Position numbers and translations under genes: made by a program
In this document: in pieces, positions 9,010-18,339 of the stretch
How positions within the stretch are numbered: the stretch's first letter is position 1
Layout of the letters: each line of letters opens with the position of its first letter
The notes under the pieces: generated by a model
Told to the model about the DNA's origin: nothing
The model's database searches: none
What the model saw: the letters and a program-made list of their open reading frames with translations, nothing else
Origin: a virus
Reading direction: 5' to 3' (one strand)
Length of the DNA stretch: 64,000 bases
IMG/VR virus record: IMGVR_UViG_3300021960_000019

Positions 9010-10389
9010 ATGGAAATTACAGAACTTATAATTTTAAAGAATTTGATTCACAATGATGAGTATTGTCGCAAGGCAATGCCTTTCATACAGAATGAGTATT
9101 TCGTAGATGAAAAAAACAAGGTTATATTTAATGCAATATATGACCATGTAGACAAATATAATACTGCACCATCTACAACAACTTTGACTGTAACACTAGA
9201 TGAAATGCAAGTCAGTGATATGGTACATAAAGAGTGTACTGAAACTATTTCTGTTATGAACCAATTAGAAGATGTTAGTTCTGATTGGTTGGTAGATACA
9301 ACAGAGAAATGGTGCAAAGACCGAGCGTTATATCTTGCTATCATGGAATCAATTCAAATTATTGATGGAAATGACAAGACACAAGATAAAGGTTCATTAC
9401 CTAAAATTTTATCTGATGCACTTGCAGTTTCTTTTGATAATAATATCGGACACGATTTTATAGAAGATTTTGAATCTAGATTTGAATTCTATCAAAGAGT
9501 GGAAGAAAGAATTCCTTTTCATTTGGATATGTTGAACAAAATCACCAAAGGTGGTTTGGTTAACAAATCTCTTAATATTGCACTTGCTGGTACTGGTGTC
9601 GGTAAATCTTTGTTTATGTGTGATGTCGCAGCAAACCATTTGATGATGGGTAAGAATGTTTTGTATATTACTTTGGAGATGTCCGAAGAAAAAATTGCAG
9701 AACGTATTGATGCAAACCTTTTAAATGTACCTATATCTCAAGTTGAGAGTATGCCGAAAGACTTGTTTGAAAAAAAGATTGAAAAATTAAGACAAAAAAC
9801 AACTGGAAAACTTATTGTAAAAGAGTATCCAACTGCTTCTGCAAATGCAAATCATTTCAGACATTTAATACAAGAACTTGCACTCAAAAAGAATTTTGTG
9901 CCAGATATTATATACATTGATTATCTCAACATATGTACGTCATCTCGCATTAAACAGGGTGGTAGTGTTAATTCATACACATATATTAAATCTATTGCAG
10001 AAGAAATACGTGGACTTGCAGTAGAGAATAATTTGCCTATCGTTAGTGCAACACAAACTACACGTAGTGGATATACCAACTCTGATGTTGGACTAGAAGA
10101 TACGTCAGAGTCATTCGGTTTGCCTGCAACTGCAGATTTGATGTTTGCTTTAATTAGTACAGAAGAATTACAGGAATTAGATCAGATACTTGTAAAACAG
10201 TTGAAAAATCGATATAATGATCCAAATGTAAATAAAAGATTTGTAGTTGGTATCGATAGACCTAAAATGAGACTATACGATGCAGAAGATGCAGCCCAAG
10301 ATGAATTGATTACAGAACAACAAGATAGTACATTTAAATCAAACTTTGGACAAAGAAAGAAATTAGGAAGTGTAGAGATAAAAATATGA
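9010..10389 (+). CDS. gp41: Replicative DnaB-like helicase gp41
   Basis: LAGTGVGKSL, YITLEMSE, IDYLNI, SATQTTRSG, SESFGLPATAD, KQLKNRY. Confidence 0.98.
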   Translation: MEITELIILKNLIHNDEYCRKAMPFIQNEYFVDEKNKVIFNAIYDHVDKYNTAPSTTTLTVTLDEMQVSDMVHKECTETISVMNQLEDVSSDWLVDTTEKWCKDRALYLAIMESIQIIDGNDKTQDKGSLPKILSDALAVSFDNNIGHDFIEDFESRFEFYQRVEERIPFHLDMLNKITKGGLVNKSLNIALAGTGVGKSLFMCDVAANHLMMGKNVLYITLEMSEEKIAERIDANLLNVPISQVESMPKDLFEKKIEKLRQKTTGKLIVKEYPTASANANHFRHLIQELALKKNFVPDIIYIDYLNICTSSRIKQGGSVNSYTYIKSIAEEIRGLAVENNLPIVSATQTTRSGYTNSDVGLEDTSESFGLPATADLMFALISTEELQELDQILVKQLKNRYNDPNVNKRFVVGIDRPKMRLYDAEDAAQDELITEQQDSTFKSNFGQRKKLGSVEIKI

Positions 10390-11027
10390 GTGAAGAATTT
10401 ACAGAAGAACAGACAGTTTTAGAAACTGAAGATACATTCGAAATGGTACAACCAAGTGGTGCAAAGTCATTTATTTGTATGTATGATAATGCATTAGAAG
10501 ATGATATGTGCGACAAGTTGGTTGAACTTTTTGATAAATCAGAAGAATATCATAAAGTAACAGAAACTGAAGGGTTTCGTAAGTTTACTGAATTAAATAT
10601 ATTCAATAGTGAACTTTTGGAAAAAGAACCAGAGTTTAATAGACTCGGATTTAGAATGTTGGAAAAGGTGCAAGAATATACCGAATCATATCGTAGATTT
10701 TGGAATATTGAACATTTTCCAACCCAGGCATCTAATGAAGAAATTAGAATGAAAAAGTACACTGCAAATGCGGAGACAGAAGAACATTTTGGTTATCATT
10801 CTGATGTTGGAGATTATGCCTCCGCAAAGAGATTTTTGGTAGTTATGTTTTACCTTAATGACGTTGAAGAAGGTGGCCAGACTATTTTTCCAGAATATCA
10901 ACTTGCCGCAAAACCAACAAAGGGTAGTCTTATGGTGTTTCCACCATTCTGGACTCATCCTCATCTTGCAGAAGCACCTAAAAGTAACGACAAATATATC
11001 ATTAGTACGTATTTGCACTATCTATAG
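10386..11027 (+). CDS. 2OG-Fe(II) oxygenase
   Basis: HSD...FYLNDVEEGG.T.F...FPP.W.HPH...KYI motifs. Confidence 0.9.
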   Translation: MSEEFTEEQTVLETEDTFEMVQPSGAKSFICMYDNALEDDMCDKLVELFDKSEEYHKVTETEGFRKFTELNIFNSELLEKEPEFNRLGFRMLEKVQEYTESYRRFWNIEHFPTQASNEEIRMKKYTANAETEEHFGYHSDVGDYASAKRFLVVMFYLNDVEEGGQTIFPEYQLAAKPTKGSLMVFPPFWTHPHLAEAPKSNDKYIISTYLHYL

Positions 11028-11040
11028 TATACTTTTTTAC

Positions 11041-11069
11041 TTGACAATCCTTGCCTAATAGTTTTTAAT
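11041..11069 (+). promoter_or_regulatory. sigma70-type promoter
   Basis: TTGACA-17 bp-TTTAAT; an overlapping AATAAATA late-like box at 11067-11074. Confidence 0.5.
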
Positions 11070-11102
11070 AAATATGAACTAACAGAGCAAGGATTGATTC
11101 TA

Positions 11103-12506
11103 ATGGCATATAATCTAAGATTAAATGACGCAAAAGACACTAAACTAGTTCCCGCAACACGCCCTAGGCGAAAAGATATAGTTGGAATACAACAGTATAT
11201 CAACGAAACATATAGAAGTCCAATTATCTTAGATCCTAAAGGTAATTATACTACTATTAAAATTCCTAGAAGTGTTTCTAAGAATATCACTATCCCAAAT
11301 CTCAAACGTGCATTAACAAAAGCTGGTTGTAACATCAGTCAATTAAATATTACATTTGGTGATGGTTCTGGTAAAACCAAAGGTGGCATGGATGCATCTG
11401 AAACCAAGTTTCAAGAAAATGCCACACTAGAGTTTTGCAAACAAATGATTGAAAAAAATAAAAAACCTACATTTAATACAATTAAAAATATCTACAAAAA
11501 AGTGGATGATGATTGGATGGAAAGTTTTGAGGCAACCGCTCAGGCATTAAAAGACTATGTGAAACGAGGTGGATATGAATATAGTAGAGATACAGGAGTC
11601 ATGCCAGTAATTGAAAAACTCGCATCACAATATTGTGGAGTTACTAAAAAAGATGCTTGGAACCCAATGGATATTGTTATTATTCGTAGTTCTAAGAAAT
11701 TTAAAATTATGAAGGAGTTGAATGAAGTGAGAAAATTTAATGATAAAGATGCCGCACTAGATTACTTAAATTCTAAAATGAGATATTATGCCCATGATAA
11801 AGATTTGTTGGGAATCTCTTTAAAGAAAGTAAACCCTAAGAAAAGAATTAAAACTGAATGGAGTGACCCTAAAATAATCAGACAACAAGAATCTCCAAAC
11901 ATCAAAATTATTCAGAGTGGGATAAATTTTGATTGGACACTTCAAAGTAATGGAGAATTCAAAACTGGAGAACTTTCCTTTCAATTGGATATTAATGGAA
12001 ACTTAGTTACGATGCAGAAAAGATCCTTTTCTGGTGGAGTGCGAGAGAAAAACCAAATAGACATGACTGCAAAGGGTGCATCTGCAAAATTGGGTAAAGT
12101 ATCTGGACCTCTTGCTGTAGACCCTTTCTTAAAACTATACTCTATGTCACGGTTTGATATGAAAAATATGCCAAGAATGGGATCATTCACTCAAAATGAA
12201 ATTGATTATTGGGTACACTTATATAAAAAGGTTTACTTGAAGAAAATTGATAGACAGAATATCAATTTTGGACCTGCAAAAAATCCGACTATATTTAAAA
12301 ACACTTTAACAGCCGCAATTGAATTGGAACAAGATATCGCAAGAACTGCATCACAACTAAGTTCGAAATTACAGTCTCTTTATTTCTTAAATTTGTTGGT
12401 ACAAATTGACGAAAAGGGTGGTATTAAAGATTTCTTTGAAGTGATGTATTATGGTGCAAAAAAACAATATGAAAGTGCCGGTGTGTTTTTGAAAATATCC
12501 GATTAA
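11103..12506 (+). CDS. Putative PD-(D/E)xK restriction-endonuclease-like protein
   Basis: T..QE...WNPMDI...LLGISLKK pattern. Confidence 0.55.
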   Translation: MAYNLRLNDAKDTKLVPATRPRRKDIVGIQQYINETYRSPIILDPKGNYTTIKIPRSVSKNITIPNLKRALTKAGCNISQLNITFGDGSGKTKGGMDASETKFQENATLEFCKQMIEKNKKPTFNTIKNIYKKVDDDWMESFEATAQALKDYVKRGGYEYSRDTGVMPVIEKLASQYCGVTKKDAWNPMDIVIIRSSKKFKIMKELNEVRKFNDKDAALDYLNSKMRYYAHDKDLLGISLKKVNPKKRIKTEWSDPKIIRQQESPNIKIIQSGINFDWTLQSNGEFKTGELSFQLDINGNLVTMQKRSFSGGVREKNQIDMTAKGASAKLGKVSGPLAVDPFLKLYSMSRFDMKNMPRMGSFTQNEIDYWVHLYKKVYLKKIDRQNINFGPAKNPTIFKNTLTAAIELEQDIARTASQLSSKLQSLYFLNLLVQIDEKGGIKDFFEVMYYGAKKQYESAGVFLKISD

Positions 12507-12546
12507 AAAAATACATAAATAATAGTTTAACAACAGGAAAAGTAGG

Positions 12547-13800
12547 ATGATGGAATCCTTTAATGAATTTTTGACAGAAGATAAGGGTGGTAAGAACCTG
12601 CATCTCGAACATATTGAAGATGAAATCATCAATTATGGAATTAGTGGTGGTAGGGCTTCAATAAATTTCTTACGTTCGTTGAGAGATATGTTATCTGGTT
12701 CTTCTACCAAACAAGTTAATATGACTGTTAAGTGGGATGGTGCTCCAGCAATCTTTGCTGGAGTTGACCCATCTGATGGAAAATTCTTTGTTGCAAAGAA
12801 AGGAGTATTTAATATAACTCCAAAACTTTACAAAACTAAAGAGGAAATAGATAATGATCTCTCAGGCAACCTTAATTCAAAATTTAAAGTCGCGTTGGAA
12901 GAACTTTCGAAATTGGGTATCACTAATGTTTTACAAGGTGATCTTATGTATACCGATGATGTAGAAACTAAAACTATAGATGGGATTAATTACTACACAT
13001 TTCAACCGAATACAATTGTATATGCAGTACCAGTAGCTTCTGAATTGGGCAAAACCATCAAAAAGTCAAAATTGGGAATTGTTTGGCATACTACATATAC
13101 AGGTAATGAGTTACAGGGTATGACTGCATCCTTTGGTGCTGATATTAGTAAGTTAAGAAAACCATCTACTGTGTGGATGGACGATGCTACATACAAAGAT
13201 GTTTCTGGAAGTGCAAAATTTACTAAAAAAGAAACTTCTGAAATTACTAAAATACTATCATCTACTGGAAAAAGGTTTCAAAAAATTAAAACCTCAGATT
13301 TTAATAAATTTCAAAAGATGCAAATAGATGTAATGAAGGGAACATTATCTGGCGCATCATTTAAAACATATTTAAACTCTTTTATTAGAAAAGGTGAGTC
13401 ATTTGACTCGACGAAGGCAAAAAGATTTGACTATCCTATGTACGTAAAGAAATATTTTGATGAAAAAATTATAGTCAAATTGAAAACTGAAAAGTCTCGA
13501 ACTGCTAAGGCAGAATTGAGAGACCAATTAGTTAAAGATTTAATAAAGTATAATTCTATGATAATTCAACTAATAGAATTTATGTCTGGAATTGTAAACG
13601 CAAAAATGATTATTGTCAAAAAACTTGACAAAGTACAACAATTAACAAAAACTTTCATTCGTACATCGAATGGATATAAAGTAACAAATGCAGAAGGTTA
13701 CGTTGCTATTGATAATAATGGTAAATCTGCAGTAAAATTAGTGGATAGATTAGAATTCAGTTATAATAATTTCACAGCAGCTAAGGCATGGGATAAATAA
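12547..13800 (+). CDS. Conserved T4-like protein (DUF6267-like) with nucleotidyltransferase/ligase motifs and a capsid-targeting-like N-terminus
   Basis: MMESFNEFLTE; KNLHLEHIED; TVKWDGAP; LQGDLMY; EGYV; VKLVDR; late-like CATAAATA at 12514. Confidence 0.7.
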   Translation: MMESFNEFLTEDKGGKNLHLEHIEDEIINYGISGGRASINFLRSLRDMLSGSSTKQVNMTVKWDGAPAIFAGVDPSDGKFFVAKKGVFNITPKLYKTKEEIDNDLSGNLNSKFKVALEELSKLGITNVLQGDLMYTDDVETKTIDGINYYTFQPNTIVYAVPVASELGKTIKKSKLGIVWHTTYTGNELQGMTASFGADISKLRKPSTVWMDDATYKDVSGSAKFTKKETSEITKILSSTGKRFQKIKTSDFNKFQKMQIDVMKGTLSGASFKTYLNSFIRKGESFDSTKAKRFDYPMYVKKYFDEKIIVKLKTEKSRTAKAELRDQLVKDLIKYNSMIIQLIEFMSGIVNAKMIIVKKLDKVQQLTKTFIRTSNGYKVTNAEGYVAIDNNGKSAVKLVDRLEFSYNNFTAAKAWDK

Positions 13801-14157
13801 ATGTTTACATATAGAGCAACAATATTAAGATGGGTTGACGGTGATACCGTTGATGTGGATATTGATCTAGGTTTTGGGGTATGGTTACGAAAACAACGTG
13901 TAAGGTTGTTTGGAATTAACACTCCAGAAAGTCGTACTAGAGATTTGGAAGAAAAGGAGCGTGGACTTGCTGCAAAAGAATTTGCAAAAAGTTGTGCGCC
14001 AGTTGGTACATCAGTTACTATTCAAACTACTAAGGGTAAAGAGACAGGAAAATACGGTCGTATCCTTGGTACTATAATGGTAAATGAAGATCAATCAGTA
14101 AATCAAATGTTAATTGAAAACGGACATGCAGTAGAGTACTTTGGAGGAAAAAGATGA
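13801..14157 (+). CDS. Thermonuclease (SNase-like)
   Basis: VDGDT, RVRLFGINTPE, GKYGRILG, NQMLIENGHA. Confidence 0.9.
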   Translation: MFTYRATILRWVDGDTVDVDIDLGFGVWLRKQRVRLFGINTPESRTRDLEEKERGLAAKEFAKSCAPVGTSVTIQTTKGKETGKYGRILGTIMVNEDQSVNQMLIENGHAVEYFGGKR

Positions 14158-14465
14158 CTAATCATATAAATGCATGGCAAAAGATGATTGAAAATCTAAA
14201 TGACAGATTTGACCCATCTTCTGACATAGAAGAAGATTTTGTACAGCCTTTAGTTGAAGATCATGAGGCAGATATGGCACTCACTGAGTTAAAATCTATT
14301 TCTGATAAGGCATTACAACTGGCAGAAGAAATTGAAAAGAAGAAAAATGCAATGGGTGGTGAATTAGAACTTGCTGCATGGTGTCAATCCAAAATCACCA
14401 AATGCAATGATTATATGAACAGTGTATATGATTACATGATGTATTCTGGTGATGAGAATAGTTAA
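14154..14465 (+). CDS. Hypothetical protein
   Basis: DHEADMA..EL...LAAWCQSKIT...DY module; packed in operon. Confidence 0.65.
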   Translation: MTNHINAWQKMIENLNDRFDPSSDIEEDFVQPLVEDHEADMALTELKSISDKALQLAEEIEKKKNAMGGELELAAWCQSKITKCNDYMNSVYDYMMYSGDENS

Positions 14466-14758
14466 TGAAATCTTTTGGTTATTTCATATCTGAGGGTGTT
14501 AAACTCAAACTCATTCGTGGCAAAGACATGGATGTTTTGAAGATGTGGAATAAGGGTGATAAAAAGTGGGTTGAACTTAGGGGTAAGAGTGGATTTGAAA
14601 CGAAGTATGATCCAAAAGACCCACTGCATAAGGCAATCACCGCACTTGGAAAGTCTGCAAGTATATCAGACTTTATGAATGGTGATGAAGTAAGTATTAA
14701 TCCAAAACATGCAGATGGTAAAAAGGCACTAAAGATGATTAAAGGACTGATGAGGTGA
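14465..14758 (+). CDS. Putative internal head protein (capsid-targeting-like N-terminus)
   Basis: Starts MKSFGYFISE; Lys-rich. Confidence 0.6.
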   Translation: MKSFGYFISEGVKLKLIRGKDMDVLKMWNKGDKKWVELRGKSGFETKYDPKDPLHKAITALGKSASISDFMNGDEVSINPKHADGKKALKMIKGLMR

Positions 14759-15360
14759 AAAGTTTTAATACATTTTTAGTTGAGGCCTCAGGTAAAGGAC
14801 TAACAATCTTTGACATAGATGAAACTATGTTTATAACTAAGGCAGAAGTAAAGGTTGTTAAAGATGGAAAAGTTGTTAAAAAATTAAACAATCAGGAATT
14901 TAATACATATAAGAAAAAATCTGGAGAAGTGTTTGATTTTGGGGAGTTTAAAAGTGCAGAAGTGTTTAATAAAACTTCAACACCGATTGCCAGAATGATT
15001 AATAAAGTAAAGGTAATACTGAAAAATGCAACTAAGGCTGGTTCAAAGGTTATTATTGTAACGGCAAGACCAGATTTTGATGACAAAAAATTATTTCTTG
15101 ATACATTTAAAAATCAAGGGATTGATATAGATAAAATTTTTGTGGAACGCGCTGGAAATTTAGGTTCTGGTCCTGCTGCGGATAATAAGAAAGTTATTTT
15201 TAAAAAGTACTTAGATACAAAAATATATAAAAGAATTAGACTGTTTGATGATGCAAATTCAAACTTAAAAATGTTTCTAAGTTTACAAAAAGAATATCCA
15301 GAAGTATCTTTTGAGGCATTTCTGGCAAAACATAATGGATCAGTTAAGAGGGTAAGATGA
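14755..15360 (+). CDS. HAD-family phosphatase with capsid-targeting-like N-terminus
   Basis: MKSFNTFLVE; motif I FDIDET, motif II VTAR, motif III K, motif IV LFDD. Confidence 0.75.
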   Translation: MKSFNTFLVEASGKGLTIFDIDETMFITKAEVKVVKDGKVVKKLNNQEFNTYKKKSGEVFDFGEFKSAEVFNKTSTPIARMINKVKVILKNATKAGSKVIIVTARPDFDDKKLFLDTFKNQGIDIDKIFVERAGNLGSGPAADNKKVIFKKYLDTKIYKRIRLFDDANSNLKMFLSLQKEYPEVSFEAFLAKHNGSVKRVR

Positions 15361-15704
15361 AAAGTTTTAACAGAGTAGAAGAAATTGACCAGATTTGCGA
15401 AGAATGCAATCTATATGAAGATTTAGAATTGATTGAATCTGAATATCAAGGTAAAAAAGTTACATTAAATAAACCTAGTAGATCCCAAGATGGAAAGAAA
15501 AAGTTTTATGTGTATGTAAAGAATGAAAAGGGTAATGTTGTTAAAGTTGGATTTGGTGACCCTAATATGGAAATCAAAAGAGATGATCCTGCAAGGAGAA
15601 AATCTTTCAGAGCAAGACATAACTGCGACAATCCTGGCCCTAAATGGAAAGCTAGATATTGGAGTTGTTATCAATGGCGTGGTGGAGCAAAAGTAAAGGA
15701 CTAA
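15357..15704 (+). CDS. Basic hypothetical protein (DUF6321-like)
   Basis: KKFYVYVKN...VKVGFGDPNM.IKRDDP.RRKSFRARHNC...ARYWSC; starts MKSF. Confidence 0.7.
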   Translation: MKSFNRVEEIDQICEECNLYEDLELIESEYQGKKVTLNKPSRSQDGKKKFYVYVKNEKGNVVKVGFGDPNMEIKRDDPARRKSFRARHNCDNPGPKWKARYWSCYQWRGGAKVKD

Positions 15705-15712
15705 ATAGTAGT

Positions 15713-16141
15713 ATGACAAACGAATACAAATATGAAGATGTAGATTTTGGATTTACTGCAGTAGATGAAGATGAATTACGTAGTCTCTCTGGTGGTGATG
15801 AATCTGTAGAAAAAGTAACACAAGTCGCAGAGGCGACTAGTGCAGAACTACGTGGACTTGACGGCAAACTCTCAGAATTAATTGAAATGCAAAGAGATGT
15901 TATGTCTGAATTAATTGCATCTAAAAGTTTGTATGAAGAAAAGAGTAGTGGACTTGATATTTCTAAGGAAGTATTAGAAGATAAGTTATTAAAGTTGGAA
16001 AGACTTATTATGCCATTATTGCAAAACCTATTAAAGAATAAAGATAAAGAATATATTTTCTGGCCGAATAGAGAACCTATCATCAAAGCGCAAATGGAAA
16101 AAGTCTTAGAAATTACGAGGGATAACGATGGCGAAGGATAA
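15713..16141 (+). CDS. Hypothetical coiled-coil protein
   Basis: DFGFTAVDEDEL ... PLLQNL.KN..KEYI.WPNR. Confidence 0.65.
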   Translation: MTNEYKYEDVDFGFTAVDEDELRSLSGGDESVEKVTQVAEATSAELRGLDGKLSELIEMQRDVMSELIASKSLYEEKSSGLDISKEVLEDKLLKLERLIMPLLQNLLKNKDKEYIFWPNREPIIKAQMEKVLEITRDNDGEG

Positions 16142-18338
16142 AATTGTTTTTACGTTTGGTAGATTTAATCCTCCAACTACTGGACACGAAAAGTTAATTG
16201 AAAAGGTTGCTGCAGTCGCTAAAAAAGAGGCCGCAGATTTTATGGTCTTTCCAAGTCATTCTCAAAATCCAAAAAAAGATCCTCTTGATTTTAAGACCAA
16301 AGTCAGATTTATGAAAAAGATGTTTCCAAAATATTCAAGAAATATCATTTCAAATAATAAAGCAAAAACTGCAATTAATGTTGCAACAATTTTATATGAA
16401 ATGGGATATAAAGAATGTGCAATGGTTGTCGGTGGAGATAGAGTTACAGAGTTTAAAACTTTATTAAACAAGTATAATGGTGTTGAAGGCAGACACGGAC
16501 TTTATGATTTTAAGGGTGGTATTAAGATATATTCCGCAGGGGAAAGAGACCCAGATGCAGAAGGTGTTACTGGTATGTCTGCATCTAAGATGAGAGCTGC
16601 TGCAGCTGCAGATGATTATGATAGTTTTAAAAACGGTTTACCATCAAAGTTTGAAAGGACTGATGGTAAAAAATTATACACTGCGATCAGAAAGGCAATG
16701 AAAGTTGAAAATACCGAATTTGGATTGTGGTTGGGTGATGCAGAATTATTCTCAGAATTTATGAATTCTGGTTTCATTGATACTATAGGAGAGTCATCTA
16801 ATGATGAGGTCTTTGATATGATTTATGAAAAGGTATCTCAAAAACAAGTTGGAGATTTAGAGAAGTTTGCAGATAAATTACTTGCAAAATTTAACATTGA
16901 TGTTACATTTACGAAACACTTTGCAGATAGAATGAATGATTCTAGAAACTCTCCAGATATTAAAATTGCAGAGTTGCAAAAATTATTTAAAAAGATACAA
17001 AAAAATAAAGGTAAGAATATCTTATCAAATCCTGATATAGAGGCTGTACTAAAAGATATCTCAACTGACTTAAATTTGCCTGTAGTTATCAACTACAATA
17101 ATGGTGAATTTGAATTGGTTACAAAAACTATTATGAGAAAGAAAAATTTTAGTACTTCTAGTAAAGTTATGAAATATGAAGAAAACGAAATGAAAGATTT
17201 TTCTAGTTTTATATCAGAAAGAAAAACTGCCCAAGACCCAGATGTAAAAGACAAAGAAGGCACTCAACCTAAAAAGTATTATGCAAAAGATGCTGATGGT
17301 GATGATATGTCTAAGGGTACGAAAGAAAAGCGTGCAGCACATTTCAAGAAACAGGCAGACAAACCAGATGGTGATGATAAGTCATATAAACCAGCGCCAG
17401 GTGATGCAAATGCAAAAACTAAACCATCTAAACATACGAAAAAATATAAAGATATGTTTGGTGAGCAGATTGACGGACTAAGAAAAAAGGCAGATAAGTC
17501 TGGTATGCCATACAGTATACTTAAAAAGGTATATGATAGAGGTATGGCTGCATGGAAATCTGGACATAGGCCAGGCACTACTCCACAACAATGGGCATTT
17601 GCAAGAGTCAATTCTTTTGTTACGAAATCATCTGGTACATGGGGTGGTGCAGATAAAGATCTTGCTGCAAAAGTAAAAAAAGAAAGTGTTGAAGAAGATA
17701 GAGATTATAAAAAAGAACGTGAAAACTATCATGGCACTCCAGAACAGATGGAAAAAAATCGTGCCAGAAAACGTGCAAGATATGCAATGGAAAAGGCCGG
17801 TAAAGCAAAACGTGGTGATGGTAAAGATGTACATCACAAAGACAATAATCCATTAAACAATGATCCAAAAAATCTATCATTAGTAACTCAACACTATAAT
17901 AGAAAAGAACCTAGAATGAGAGAAGAACTTTCGCTAGATAAAATAGATGAAATTACTAGTAAAAGACGAATGCAACTGATAAACAAAATCAAAAAATCTG
18001 GTGTTGTCAAAAAAGGTTCTATGTCAAAAGATACCAAAGATAAAAAAGAAAATAATGGCCCATGCTGGCCTGGCTATAAACAAGTCGGTATGAAAATGAA
18101 AAATGGAAAAGAAGTACCAAATTGTGTACCAGAGGAAACAGTGCATGAATCATTGTCTGGTGCAGAAAATCCACCAAAATTACCAAAGGCCGGTGGTGGA
18201 GAGTTTGGTACTAAAACTTTAAGAGACACTTATTTGAAAGATACTCCTTTTATGGAATTAGTTATGACGCCGAATGAATTAAAAAATTATCGCAATATAA
18301 TTGATATTATAAATATAGAGAAAACCAAGGGAAATTGA
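16128..18338 (+). CDS. Multi-module protein: cytidylyltransferase-family NTase + putative RNase-fold module + basic modules + HNH
   Basis: TFGRFNPPTTGH and SASKMR (HxGH NTase); FTKHFADRM; internal MKDFSSFISE; DVHHKDNNPLNN..NL...N (HNH); CWPGY..VG.K...VPNCVP. Confidence 0.75.
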   Translation: MAKDKIVFTFGRFNPPTTGHEKLIEKVAAVAKKEAADFMVFPSHSQNPKKDPLDFKTKVRFMKKMFPKYSRNIISNNKAKTAINVATILYEMGYKECAMVVGGDRVTEFKTLLNKYNGVEGRHGLYDFKGGIKIYSAGERDPDAEGVTGMSASKMRAAAAADDYDSFKNGLPSKFERTDGKKLYTAIRKAMKVENTEFGLWLGDAELFSEFMNSGFIDTIGESSNDEVFDMIYEKVSQKQVGDLEKFADKLLAKFNIDVTFTKHFADRMNDSRNSPDIKIAELQKLFKKIQKNKGKNILSNPDIEAVLKDISTDLNLPVVINYNNGEFELVTKTIMRKKNFSTSSKVMKYEENEMKDFSSFISERKTAQDPDVKDKEGTQPKKYYAKDADGDDMSKGTKEKRAAHFKKQADKPDGDDKSYKPAPGDANAKTKPSKHTKKYKDMFGEQIDGLRKKADKSGMPYSILKKVYDRGMAAWKSGHRPGTTPQQWAFARVNSFVTKSSGTWGGADKDLAAKVKKESVEEDRDYKKERENYHGTPEQMEKNRARKRARYAMEKAGKAKRGDGKDVHHKDNNPLNNDPKNLSLVTQHYNRKEPRMREELSLDKIDEITSKRRMQLINKIKKSGVVKKGSMSKDTKDKKENNGPCWPGYKQVGMKMKNGKEVPNCVPEETVHESLSGAENPPKLPKAGGGEFGTKTLRDTYLKDTPFMELVMTPNELKNYRNIIDIINIEKTKGN
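18308..18315 (+). promoter_or_regulatory. T4-type late promoter TATAAATA
   Basis: Exact consensus 25 bp upstream of the ORF at 18340. Confidence 0.65.
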
Positions 18339-18339
18339 A

